From positions 1-64,000 of the forward strand of contig JAPDFW010000111.1 in the NCBI GenBank assembly GCA_028826165.1: 64,000 nt of DNA. Direction: 5' to 3'. Position 1 is the first letter of the stretch. Every line of letters starts with the position of its first letter. Source of the DNA: Anaeramoeba ignava BMAN (lineage: Eukaryota; Protista; Anaeramoebae). The position numbers were made by a program, and so were the translations under genes. The notes beneath the pieces are model-generated. The model was not told where the DNA came from. It was given only the letters and a program-made list of their open reading frames with translations, and searched no databases. This document shows positions 34,667 through 43,761 of the stretch, in pieces.

Positions 34667-36004
34667 TTATTTTTTATCATTTTCTTCAATTTCATCAAAT
34701 CTTTTGATTTCACTACTTTGACTATAATCAGTTGTTTCAGTACTTTCAGTACTTTCAGTTTCAATAAATTCTTTGAAACTCATGGGATTTTCTTTCACTT
34801 TTTTATTTTTATTTTTATTTTTATTTTTATTTTTATTTTTATTTTTATTTTTAGATAGGTTTTTATCTCCATTATTTTTATCATCATCTTCATGATCACT
34901 TAATAAAGTTTCCATTTGATAAGTAAGTTCTGCGTTTTTAACTGGATTAATCAATGTAAATTCATCTTCAAATTCTTCTTCTTCTGCATAAATAAAAGTG
35001 AATGGATCAAATGCGAAATGAACAAATTTAGATTTTTTATCAGCATAAGCTTGATATCCAAGAAATAAACTAATAGAAATAACAACAATAATAGCTCCAA
35101 TATATTGAAGTGGCCAATGTGGATCTGCTTTAAGAATAACATAATCAGAAACCATTGTTGAAGGTAATCGAATTCCTTGAATACTTGAATATAAAGCTGC
35201 TCCAATCGCAACAACCATTTTGGTTTGTCCTAATCTTGATAAACACGTTATTCCAAATGTCAAAAAAACTAATGCAATCCATTCTGCTACTCCAAAATCT
35301 TTGAAAACTTTCCAATTTTCTTTTGATGCAAATGAGATGATTAAGGAAATTGGTGTGTAGACTTGCATAACTAATAAAAGTAATGCTTCAACTGGAACTT
35401 TATAGTTTTTACAAATATTCTGTTGAAAAACAAAAAAAGTGGAAATTGAAAAATCAAAAATAATTGCAAAAAGAATAGAAAGTGCATTATTTGTTCCTTT
35501 CATATTTTGCTGATGAGCTTTTTTAGCAGCACCAAATATCATCATCAAACATCCACCAACAGAAACAATAAAAGCAGGGAAAATAAAACGAGGTAAAGTT
35601 TTAGTAACTCTAAATAATTTTGAAAAAAAGAAGATTATAAAAGGAACCATTAAAGATAAAGCTTGAATTGTTGAAGGATGACTTGCAAATTTAAATGATA
35701 AAACAGTTGAAATATTAGCAATCACCCAAATAAATGCATTTGAAATTGCTTGAAACCAAATGAATTTTGGTTTTCCTCTAAGATAATGAAAAATAAATAA
35801 CCTTGAAAATTTATTCCGATATTTTCTCACTCGATAAACTTGTAAACTGAAAAAAAATATAAAAGCAAAACAATTTGAAATTCCTAAAAAAATAAAAGTT
35901 TGCATATTTCCATGACTTGGTGATTGAATCCATCCTACTACAGTTGCATATACTCCAAGACAAATATGCAAAAAAATTGTTATCAAAAAATAAACAACTA
36001 ACAT
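34667..36004 (-). CDS. EamA/DMT-like transporter (copy 6, type C)
   Basis: 445 aa paralogue. Confidence 0.8.
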   Translation of the reverse strand: MLVVYFLITIFLHICLGVYATVVGWIQSPSHGNMQTFIFLGISNCFAFIFFFSLQVYRVRKYRNKFSRLFIFHYLRGKPKFIWFQAISNAFIWVIANISTVLSFKFASHPSTIQALSLMVPFIIFFFSKLFRVTKTLPRFIFPAFIVSVGGCLMMIFGAAKKAHQQNMKGTNNALSILFAIIFDFSISTFFVFQQNICKNYKVPVEALLLLVMQVYTPISLIISFASKENWKVFKDFGVAEWIALVFLTFGITCLSRLGQTKMVVAIGAALYSSIQGIRLPSTMVSDYVILKADPHWPLQYIGAIIVVISISLFLGYQAYADKKSKFVHFAFDPFTFIYAEEEEFEDEFTLINPVKNAELTYQMETLLSDHEDDDKNNGDKNLSKNKNKNKNKNKNKNKNKKVKENPMSFKEFIETESTESTETTDYSQSSEIKRFDEIEENDKK

Positions 36005-36348
36005 TTATTTTAATTTTAATTTATTTTGTTTTTTGAAAGGGAATATTAATGAAGATGATTAAGAAAAAAAAATTCGTAATTGTATTAATTGAAAGAAAAA
36101 TAAAAAGAAAATTAAAATTCTTTTCTTTTTTAAATTTTAAAAAAAAAAATTAGGGAAAATTTTAATTTTTCTTTTTATTTAAATTTTTCTTTTTTCCTTT
36201 TTTTAAAATTTAAAAAAGAAAAGAAGAAAAAAAGAAAAAAAGAAATTGTGTTTTTTTGTTCATAAAGAGAACTAAAAAAAAATTAGAACAGAATGAAACC
36301 AAATCTTTCAAAAAAAAAAAAATTTTTTTAGATGAAATTAAAACGAAA

Positions 36349-37746
36349 TTATTTCCTGTCAATTTCAACAATTTCATCCAAATTTTTAATTTCACTACTT
36401 TCATTAGAATCAAAATCATCAGAATTTGATGAATCTGAAGAACTTGTAGAAATAATAATTTGAATCTTTTTCTTTTGGATCTCCCTTTCTCTTCCGTTTC
36501 CATTTCCATTTCCATTTCCGTTTCCATTTCCATTTCCATTTTCATTTCCATTTCCATTTCCATTTCCATTTCCATTTCCATTTCCATTTCCATTTCCATT
36601 TTGGTTTTCTTTCTCAGTTTCGGTTTCAGTTTCATGATCACTCATTAATGATTCCATATGAAAATTTGCACCTGCATTTTTAATTGGATTAATCAATGTA
36701 AATTCATCTTCAAATTCAGTTTCTTCAACAAAAATAAAAGTGTAAGGATCAAAAATAAAACGAAGAAGCTTAGTTTTTCTATCAGCATAAGCTTGATATC
36801 CAAGAAATAAACTAATACTTATAAAAACAATAATAGCTCCAATATATTGAAGTGGCCAATGTGGATTTGCTTTGAGAACAACATAATCTGAAACCATTGT
36901 TGAAGGTAATCTAACTGCTTGAACACTTGAATATAAAGCTGCTCCAATTTCAATAACCATTTTGGTTTGTCCTAATCTTGATAAACACATTATTCCAATA
37001 GTGATATATAACATAAACATCCATCCTTCAACTCCTAAAGTCTTAAAAACACCCCAATCTTCTTTTAATATAAATGAAAGTGCTAATGTTGATGGAATAT
37101 ATATTTGTTTGATTAAAATCAAAAGAACTTCTGCTCGAATTTTATAAGTTCTACATATTTTTTGTTGAAATGAAAAGAAAAATGCTGCGAAAATATCAAA
37201 AAGTATTGCAAGAGTAATAGCTGCTGTGTTATTTGTGTTTGGAACTTCATTATCATCTTGTGATTTATTAACTCCAAGTATCATCATCAAACATCCTCCA
37301 ACTGAAATAAAAAAAGCTGGAATGATAAAACGAGGTAATTTTTTGGAAATTTTGAAAACTTTTGAAATGAAAAAAACCATAAAAGGCATTAATAAAGATA
37401 ATCCTTGAACGACTGAAGGATGACTTGCATATCTAAAAGAATAAACAGTTGAAAAATTTGCTAAAACCCAAACTATTGCAGTAAAAAATGTTAATATCCA
37501 AGCTGATCTTGGATATCCTTTAAGATGATAACAAATGAATAGTTTGGAAATCTTATTAGGTTCTTTTCTAACATGAATTAATTGCAAAGAAACATAAAAA
37601 ATCAAACCAATAAAATTTGAAGAAGCGAGTAAAGTAAATGTTCCCATTTTCCCATGATTTGGTGATTGAACCCAAGCAAGTATTGTTGCATAAACTCCAT
37701 TCATAACATGAAGAAAAAAAGTTAAAATCAAATGAAATAAAAACAT
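36349..37746 (-). CDS. EamA/DMT-like transporter (copy 7, type A with GN-repeat tail)
   Basis: 465 aa paralogue. Confidence 0.8.
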   Translation of the reverse strand: MFLFHLILTFFLHVMNGVYATILAWVQSPNHGKMGTFTLLASSNFIGLIFYVSLQLIHVRKEPNKISKLFICYHLKGYPRSAWILTFFTAIVWVLANFSTVYSFRYASHPSVVQGLSLLMPFMVFFISKVFKISKKLPRFIIPAFFISVGGCLMMILGVNKSQDDNEVPNTNNTAAITLAILFDIFAAFFFSFQQKICRTYKIRAEVLLILIKQIYIPSTLALSFILKEDWGVFKTLGVEGWMFMLYITIGIMCLSRLGQTKMVIEIGAALYSSVQAVRLPSTMVSDYVVLKANPHWPLQYIGAIIVFISISLFLGYQAYADRKTKLLRFIFDPYTFIFVEETEFEDEFTLINPIKNAGANFHMESLMSDHETETETEKENQNGNGNGNGNGNGNGNGNGNENGNGNGNGNGNGNGNGREREIQKKKIQIIISTSSSDSSNSDDFDSNESSEIKNLDEIVEIDRK

Positions 37747-38473
37747 TATCTTATTCTTATCTTTATCTTATTACTTTCTATTTTGAAAATTTTATATTTT
37801 TGATATTTTCAAAGAATAATTCAATTATTTTCCAAAATAAAAAAATTGTTTGATCAAAAAGAATAAAACAAAACAAAACAAAACCAAACAAAAAAAAGAG
37901 ATGAAAATAATGTTTTTTGGGTTTTTTAATAAAAAAAAAATTTTGAATTGAATATTTATTATTAATTATTAATTAAATTTGCTTTAAAATTTTGATTTAT
38001 TTTTTTATTATTGGATTAGAATACACTTGGAATTAAAAAAAAAATCAAAAGCAAGATGGTAAAAAAGATTTATATTTTGAAAAAAAACAAGAAAAGTACA
38101 AATAATTAAATAAATAATTAAATAAATAATTTTAATTCATGTTTATTTTTGCTAGATTTTTTCTTTTTGATCAAATTAATTTTTCTAAAAAGAAAATTTA
38201 AACCCCAAAAACAAAAAAAGAATTAAAAATTAAAAATTGAATTGAATTAGAATTAAAATTAAAATTGAATTAAAATTAAAATTAAATTAAAATTAAAATT
38301 AAAATAAAATTAAAATTAAAATTGAAATTGAACTTAAAATTAAAATTGAATTAAAATTAAAATTAAAATTAAAATTGAATTAAAATTGAATTGAAATTGA
38401 ATTGAAATTGAATTGAACTTAAAATTAAAATTTGGTTTAAAAAAAAAATAGAAAATAAACCAAAAAAAAAAAA

Positions 38474-39805
38474 TTATTTTCTATCATTTTCTTCAATTTC
38501 ATCAAGTTTTTTGATTTCACTACTTTCAGTGGAATCACTACTTTCAGTGCTTTCAGTACTTTCAGTACTTTCAGATTTTTTATTGAAATTATTATTATTA
38601 TTATTGTTGTTATTGTTATTATCAAAATCATTCTCGAAATCATTTTTCAAATTAAATTGATTTTTATCTCCATTATTTTTATCATCATCTTCATGATCAC
38701 TTAATAAAGTTTCCATTTGATAAGTAAGTTCTGCATTTTTAACTGGATTAATCAATGTAAATTCATCTTCAAATTCTTCTTCTTCTGCATAAATAAAAGT
38801 GAATGGATCAAATGCGAAATGAACAAATTTGGATTTTTTATCAGCATAAGCTTGATATCCAAGAAATAAACTAATAGAAATAACAACAATAATAGCTCCA
38901 ATATATTGAAGTGGCCAATGTGGATCTGCTTTGAGAATAACATAATCAGAAACCATTGTTGCAGGTAATCGAATTCCTTGAATACTTGAATATAAAGCTG
39001 CTCCAATCGCAACAACCATTTTGGTTTGTCCTAATCTTGATAAACACATTATTCCAAATGCTAAAAAAACTAATGCAATCCATTCTGCTGCTCCAAAATC
39101 TTTGAAAACTTTCCAATTTTCTTTTGATACAAATGAGATGATTAAGGAAATTGGCGCATAAACTTGCATAACTAATAAAAGTAATGCTTCAACTGGAACT
39201 TTATAGTTTTTACAAATATTCTGTTGAAAAACAAAAAAAGTGGAAATTGCAAAATCAAAAATAACTGCAAAAAGAATAGCAAGTGCATTATTTGTTCCTT
39301 TCATATTTTCTTGATGAGCTTTTTTAGCAGCACCAAATATCATCATTAAACATCCACCAACAGAAACAATAAAAGCAGGGAAAATAAAACGAGGTAAAGT
39401 TTTAGTAACTCTAAATAATTTTGAAAAAAAGAAGATTATAAAAGGAACCATTAAAGATAAAGCTTGAATTGTTGAAGGATGACTTGCAAATTTAAATGAT
39501 AAAACAGTTGAAATATTAGCAATCACCCAAATAAATGCATTTGAAATTGCTTGAAACCAAATGAATTTTGGTTTTCCTCTAAGATAATGAAAAATAAATA
39601 ATCTTGAAAATTTATTCTGATATTTTCTCACTCGATAAACTTGTAAACTGAAAAAAAATAAAAACGAAAAGCAATTTGAAACTCCTAAAAAAACAAAAGT
39701 TTGCATATTTCCATGACTTGGTGATTGAATCCATCCTACTGTAGTTGCATATACTCCAAGACAAATATGCAAAAAAATTGTTATCAAAAAATAAACAACT
39801 AACAT
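38474..39805 (-). CDS. EamA/DMT-like transporter (copy 8, type B)
   Basis: 443 aa, near-identical to 32799..34127. Confidence 0.8.
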   Translation of the reverse strand: MLVVYFLITIFLHICLGVYATTVGWIQSPSHGNMQTFVFLGVSNCFSFLFFFSLQVYRVRKYQNKFSRLFIFHYLRGKPKFIWFQAISNAFIWVIANISTVLSFKFASHPSTIQALSLMVPFIIFFFSKLFRVTKTLPRFIFPAFIVSVGGCLMMIFGAAKKAHQENMKGTNNALAILFAVIFDFAISTFFVFQQNICKNYKVPVEALLLLVMQVYAPISLIISFVSKENWKVFKDFGAAEWIALVFLAFGIMCLSRLGQTKMVVAIGAALYSSIQGIRLPATMVSDYVILKADPHWPLQYIGAIIVVISISLFLGYQAYADKKSKFVHFAFDPFTFIYAEEEEFEDEFTLINPVKNAELTYQMETLLSDHEDDDKNNGDKNQFNLKNDFENDFDNNNNNNNNNNNFNKKSESTESTESTESSDSTESSEIKKLDEIEENDRK

Positions 39806-40343
39806 TTATTTTATTTTAATTTATTTTGTTTTAATTTATTTTTCGTAATTAGCTTTTTTTTCAATATTTTCTATTTAAACTAATAATGAAATTGCAACAA
39901 TTATTTTAAAAAAAGGTTTTTCAAAAAAAATGAAAACTCAAAAATGAGTTTTTTTTTATTAAATTTTAAAAAAACTCAAAAAAAATTTTTTTCTTTTTTC
40001 CTTTTTTGTTGTTTTTTTATTCATTTTTTCTTTTGGAAATTGAAAAAAATAAATTTGGATCTAAAAATAAAATGTTGTTTAGAAAGAATTCTTAAGTTTA
40101 AAATTCCGAAATTAATTATTTTTTTTGATTAATTTTTTTTATTTTTTTTATTCATCAAGAAAAAAAAATAAAAAAAAATTTGATGAAAGGAAAAATCTAA
40201 AAGAAAATCAGAAAGATCTTTTTTTTTAATTAAAAAAAGAAAGAAAATAAAAAAAATAAGAAAAAATGAAAGAAAAGATTGAAATTTATTGTTAGAAAAA
40301 AAAAAGAATGGTTGATCCATTTTTCCTTTCCAAAAAAAAAAAA

Positions 40344-41663
40344 TTATTTTTTATCATTTTCTTCAATTTCATCAAATCTTTTGATTTCACTACTTTGACT
40401 ATAATCAGTTGTTTCAGTACTTTCAGTACTTTCAGTTTCAATAAATTCTTTGAAACTCATGGGATTTTCTTTCACTTTTTTATTTTTATTTTTATTTTTA
40501 TTTTTATTTTTAGATAGGTTTTTATCTCCATTATTTTTATCATCATCTTCATGATCACTTAATAAAGTTTCCATTTGATAAGTAAGTTCTGCGTTTTTAA
40601 CTGGATTAATCAATGTAAATTCATCTTCAAATTCTTCTTCTTCTGCATAAATAAAAGTGAATGGATCAAATGCGAAATGAACAAATTTGGATTTTTTATC
40701 AGCATAAGCTTGATATCCAAGAAATAAACTAATAGAAATAACAACAATAATAGCTCCAATATATTGAAGTGGCCAATGTGGATCTGCTTTGAGAATAACA
40801 TAATCAGAAACCATTGTTGCAGGTAATCGAATTCCTTGAATACTTGAATATAAAGCTGCTCCAATCGCAACAACCATTTTGGTTTGTCCTAATCTTGATA
40901 AACACGTTATTCCAAATGTCAAAAAAACTAATGCAATCCATTCTGCTACTCCAAAATCTTTGAAAACTTTCCAATTTTCTTTTGATACAAATGAGATGAT
41001 TAAGGAAATTGGTGTGTAGACTTGCATAACTAATAAAAGTAATGCTTCAACTGGAACTTTATAGTTTTTACAAATATTCTGTTGAAAAACAAAAAAAGTG
41101 GAAATTGCAAAATCAAAAATAATTGCAAAAAGAATAGAAAGTGCATTATTTGTTCCTTTCATATTTTGCTGATGAGCTTTTTTAGCAGCACCAAATATCA
41201 TCATCAAACATCCACCAACAGAAACAATAAAAGCAGGGAAAATAAAACGAGGTAAAGTTTTAGTAACTCTAAATAATTTCGAAAAAAAGAAGATTATAAA
41301 AGGAACCATTAAAGATAAAGCTTGAATTGTTGAAGGATGACTTGCAAATTTAAATGATAAAACAGTTGAAATATTAGCAATCACCCAAATAAATGCATTC
41401 GAAATTGTTTGAAACCAAATAAATTTTGGTTTTCCTCTAAGATAATAAAAAATAAATAACCTTGAAAATTTATTCCGATATTTTCTAATTTGATAAACTT
41501 GTAAACTGAAAAAAAATATAAAAGCAAAACAATTTGAAATTCCTAAAAAAATAAAAGTTTGCATATTTCCATGACTTGGTGATTGAATCCATCCTACTAC
41601 AGTTGCATATACTCCAAGACAAATATGCAAAAAAATTGTTATCAAAAAATAAACAACTAACAT
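40344..41663 (-). CDS. EamA/DMT-like transporter (copy 9, type C)
   Basis: 439 aa, near-identical to 34667..36004. Confidence 0.8.
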   Translation of the reverse strand: MLVVYFLITIFLHICLGVYATVVGWIQSPSHGNMQTFIFLGISNCFAFIFFFSLQVYQIRKYRNKFSRLFIFYYLRGKPKFIWFQTISNAFIWVIANISTVLSFKFASHPSTIQALSLMVPFIIFFFSKLFRVTKTLPRFIFPAFIVSVGGCLMMIFGAAKKAHQQNMKGTNNALSILFAIIFDFAISTFFVFQQNICKNYKVPVEALLLLVMQVYTPISLIISFVSKENWKVFKDFGVAEWIALVFLTFGITCLSRLGQTKMVVAIGAALYSSIQGIRLPATMVSDYVILKADPHWPLQYIGAIIVVISISLFLGYQAYADKKSKFVHFAFDPFTFIYAEEEEFEDEFTLINPVKNAELTYQMETLLSDHEDDDKNNGDKNLSKNKNKNKNKNKKVKENPMSFKEFIETESTESTETTDYSQSSEIKRFDEIEENDKK

Positions 41664-42006
41664 TTATTTTAATTTTAATTTATTTTGTTTTTTGAAAGGG
41701 AATATTAATGAAGATGATTAAGAAAAAAAAATTCGTAATTGTATTGATAGAAAGAAAAATAAAAAGAAAATTAAAATTCTTTTCTTTTATAAATTTTAAA
41801 AAAAAAATTAGGGAAAATTTTAATTTTTCTTTTTATTTAAATTTTTCTTTTTTTCTTTTTTTAAAATTTAAAAAAGAAAAGAAGAAAAGAAGAAAAAAAG
41901 AAATTGTGTTTTTTTGTTCATAAAGAGAACTAAAAAAAAATTAGAACAGAATGAAACCAAATCTTTCAAAAAAAAAAAAATTTTTTTAGATGAAATTAAA
42001 ACGAAA

Positions 42007-43386
42007 TTATTTCCTGTCAATTTCAACAATTTCATCCAAATTTTTAATTTCACTACTTTCATTAGAATCAAAATCATCAGAATTTGGTGAATCTGAAGAA
42101 CTTGTAGAAATAATAATTTGAATCTTTTTCTTTTGGATCTCCCTTTCTCTTCCGTTTCCATTTCCATTTCCATTTCCGTTTCCATTTCCATTTCCATTTT
42201 CATTTCCATTTCCATTTCCATTTCCATTTCCATTTCCATTTTGGTTTTCTTTCTCAGTTTCGGTTTCAGTTTCATGATCACTCATTAATGATTCCATATG
42301 AAAATTTGCACCTGCATTTTTAATTGGATTAATCAATGTAAATTCATCTTCAAATTCAGTTTCTTCAACAAAAATAAAAGTGTAAGGATCAAAAATAAAA
42401 CGAAGAAGCTTAGTTTTTCTATCAGCATAAGCTTGATATCCAAGAAATAAACTAATACTTATAAAAACAATAATAGCTCCAATATATTGAAGTGGCCAAT
42501 GTGGATTTGCTTTAAGTACAACATAATCAGAAACCATTGTTGAAGGTAATCTAACTGCTTGAACACTTGAATATAAAGCTGCTCCAATTTCAATAACCAT
42601 TTTGGTTTGTCCTAATCTTGATAAACACATTATTCCAATAGTGATATATAGCATAAACATCCATCCTTCAACTCCTAAATTTTTAAAAACACTCCAATCT
42701 TCTTTTAATATAAATGAAAGTGCTAATGTTGATGGAATATACATTTGTTTGATTAAAATCAAAAGAACTTCTGCTCGAATTTTATAAATTCTACATATTT
42801 TTTGTTGAAATGAAAAGAAAAATGCTGCAAAAATATCAAAAAGTATTGCAAGAGTAATAGCTGCTGTGTTATTTGTGTTTGGAACTTCATTATCATCTTG
42901 TGATTTATTAACTCCAAGTATCATCATTAAACATCCTCCAACTGAAATAAAAAAAGCTGGAATGATAAAACGAGGTAATTTTTTGGAAATTTTGAAAACT
43001 TTTGAAATGAAAAAAACCATAAAAGGCATTAATAAAGATAATCCTTGAACAACTGAAGGATGACTTGCATATCTAAAAGAATAAACAGTTGAAAAATTTG
43101 CTAAAACCCAAACTATTGCAGTAAAAAATGTTAATATCCAAGCTGATCTTGGATATCCTTTAAGATGATAACAAATGAATAATTTGGAAATCTTATTAGG
43201 TTCTTTTCTAACATGAAATAATTGCAAAGAAACATAAAAAATCAAACCAATAAAATTTGAAGAAGCGAGTAAAGTAAATGTTCCCATTTTCCCATGATTT
43301 GGTGATTGAACCCAAGCAAGTATTGTTGCATAAACTCCATTCATAACATGAAGAAAAAAAGTTAAAATCAAATGAAATAAAAACAT
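42007..43386 (-). CDS. EamA/DMT-like transporter (copy 10, type A with GN-repeat tail)
   Basis: 459 aa, near-identical to 36349..37746. Confidence 0.8.
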   Translation of the reverse strand: MFLFHLILTFFLHVMNGVYATILAWVQSPNHGKMGTFTLLASSNFIGLIFYVSLQLFHVRKEPNKISKLFICYHLKGYPRSAWILTFFTAIVWVLANFSTVYSFRYASHPSVVQGLSLLMPFMVFFISKVFKISKKLPRFIIPAFFISVGGCLMMILGVNKSQDDNEVPNTNNTAAITLAILFDIFAAFFFSFQQKICRIYKIRAEVLLILIKQMYIPSTLALSFILKEDWSVFKNLGVEGWMFMLYITIGIMCLSRLGQTKMVIEIGAALYSSVQAVRLPSTMVSDYVVLKANPHWPLQYIGAIIVFISISLFLGYQAYADRKTKLLRFIFDPYTFIFVEETEFEDEFTLINPIKNAGANFHMESLMSDHETETETEKENQNGNGNGNGNGNGNENGNGNGNGNGNGNGNGREREIQKKKIQIIISTSSSDSPNSDDFDSNESSEIKNLDEIVEIDRK

Positions 43387-43761
43387 TTTCTTATTCTTAT
43401 CTTTATCTTATTACTTTCTATTTTGAAAATTTTATATTTTTGATATTTTCAAAGAATAATTCAATTATTTTCCAAAATAAAAAAAAATTCGTAAGTGTAT
43501 TGAAAAAAATAAAAGGAGAAACAACAAAGAAAAAAAAATGATTAAAATAAAGAAAAATAAAAAGAAAAAAGGAAAAGATTTATTTTTTTTTTTCTTCTTT
43601 TTGATTAAAAAAAGATTTGAGATTAAAATAAAAAAAAAAGAAATTTAATTTTTTCTTTTTTTTTTTTATAATTGTTAAATTCAAATCCAAAAAAAAAAAA
43701 AAAAGTGAAATTGGATTAAAATCTGTTCCATTTTCTTTTGTTTTTTGTTTTTTGTTTTTTT

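Larger units (their letters stand above)
31020..43488. repeat. Tandem segmental duplication, ~5.7 kb period (three-gene unit)
   Basis: Gene ends are offset by 5675, 5677 and 5658 bp, and intergenic sequences are also near-identical (e.g. 31954-32420 vs 37747-38220). Homology ends near 43488. Confidence 0.9.
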
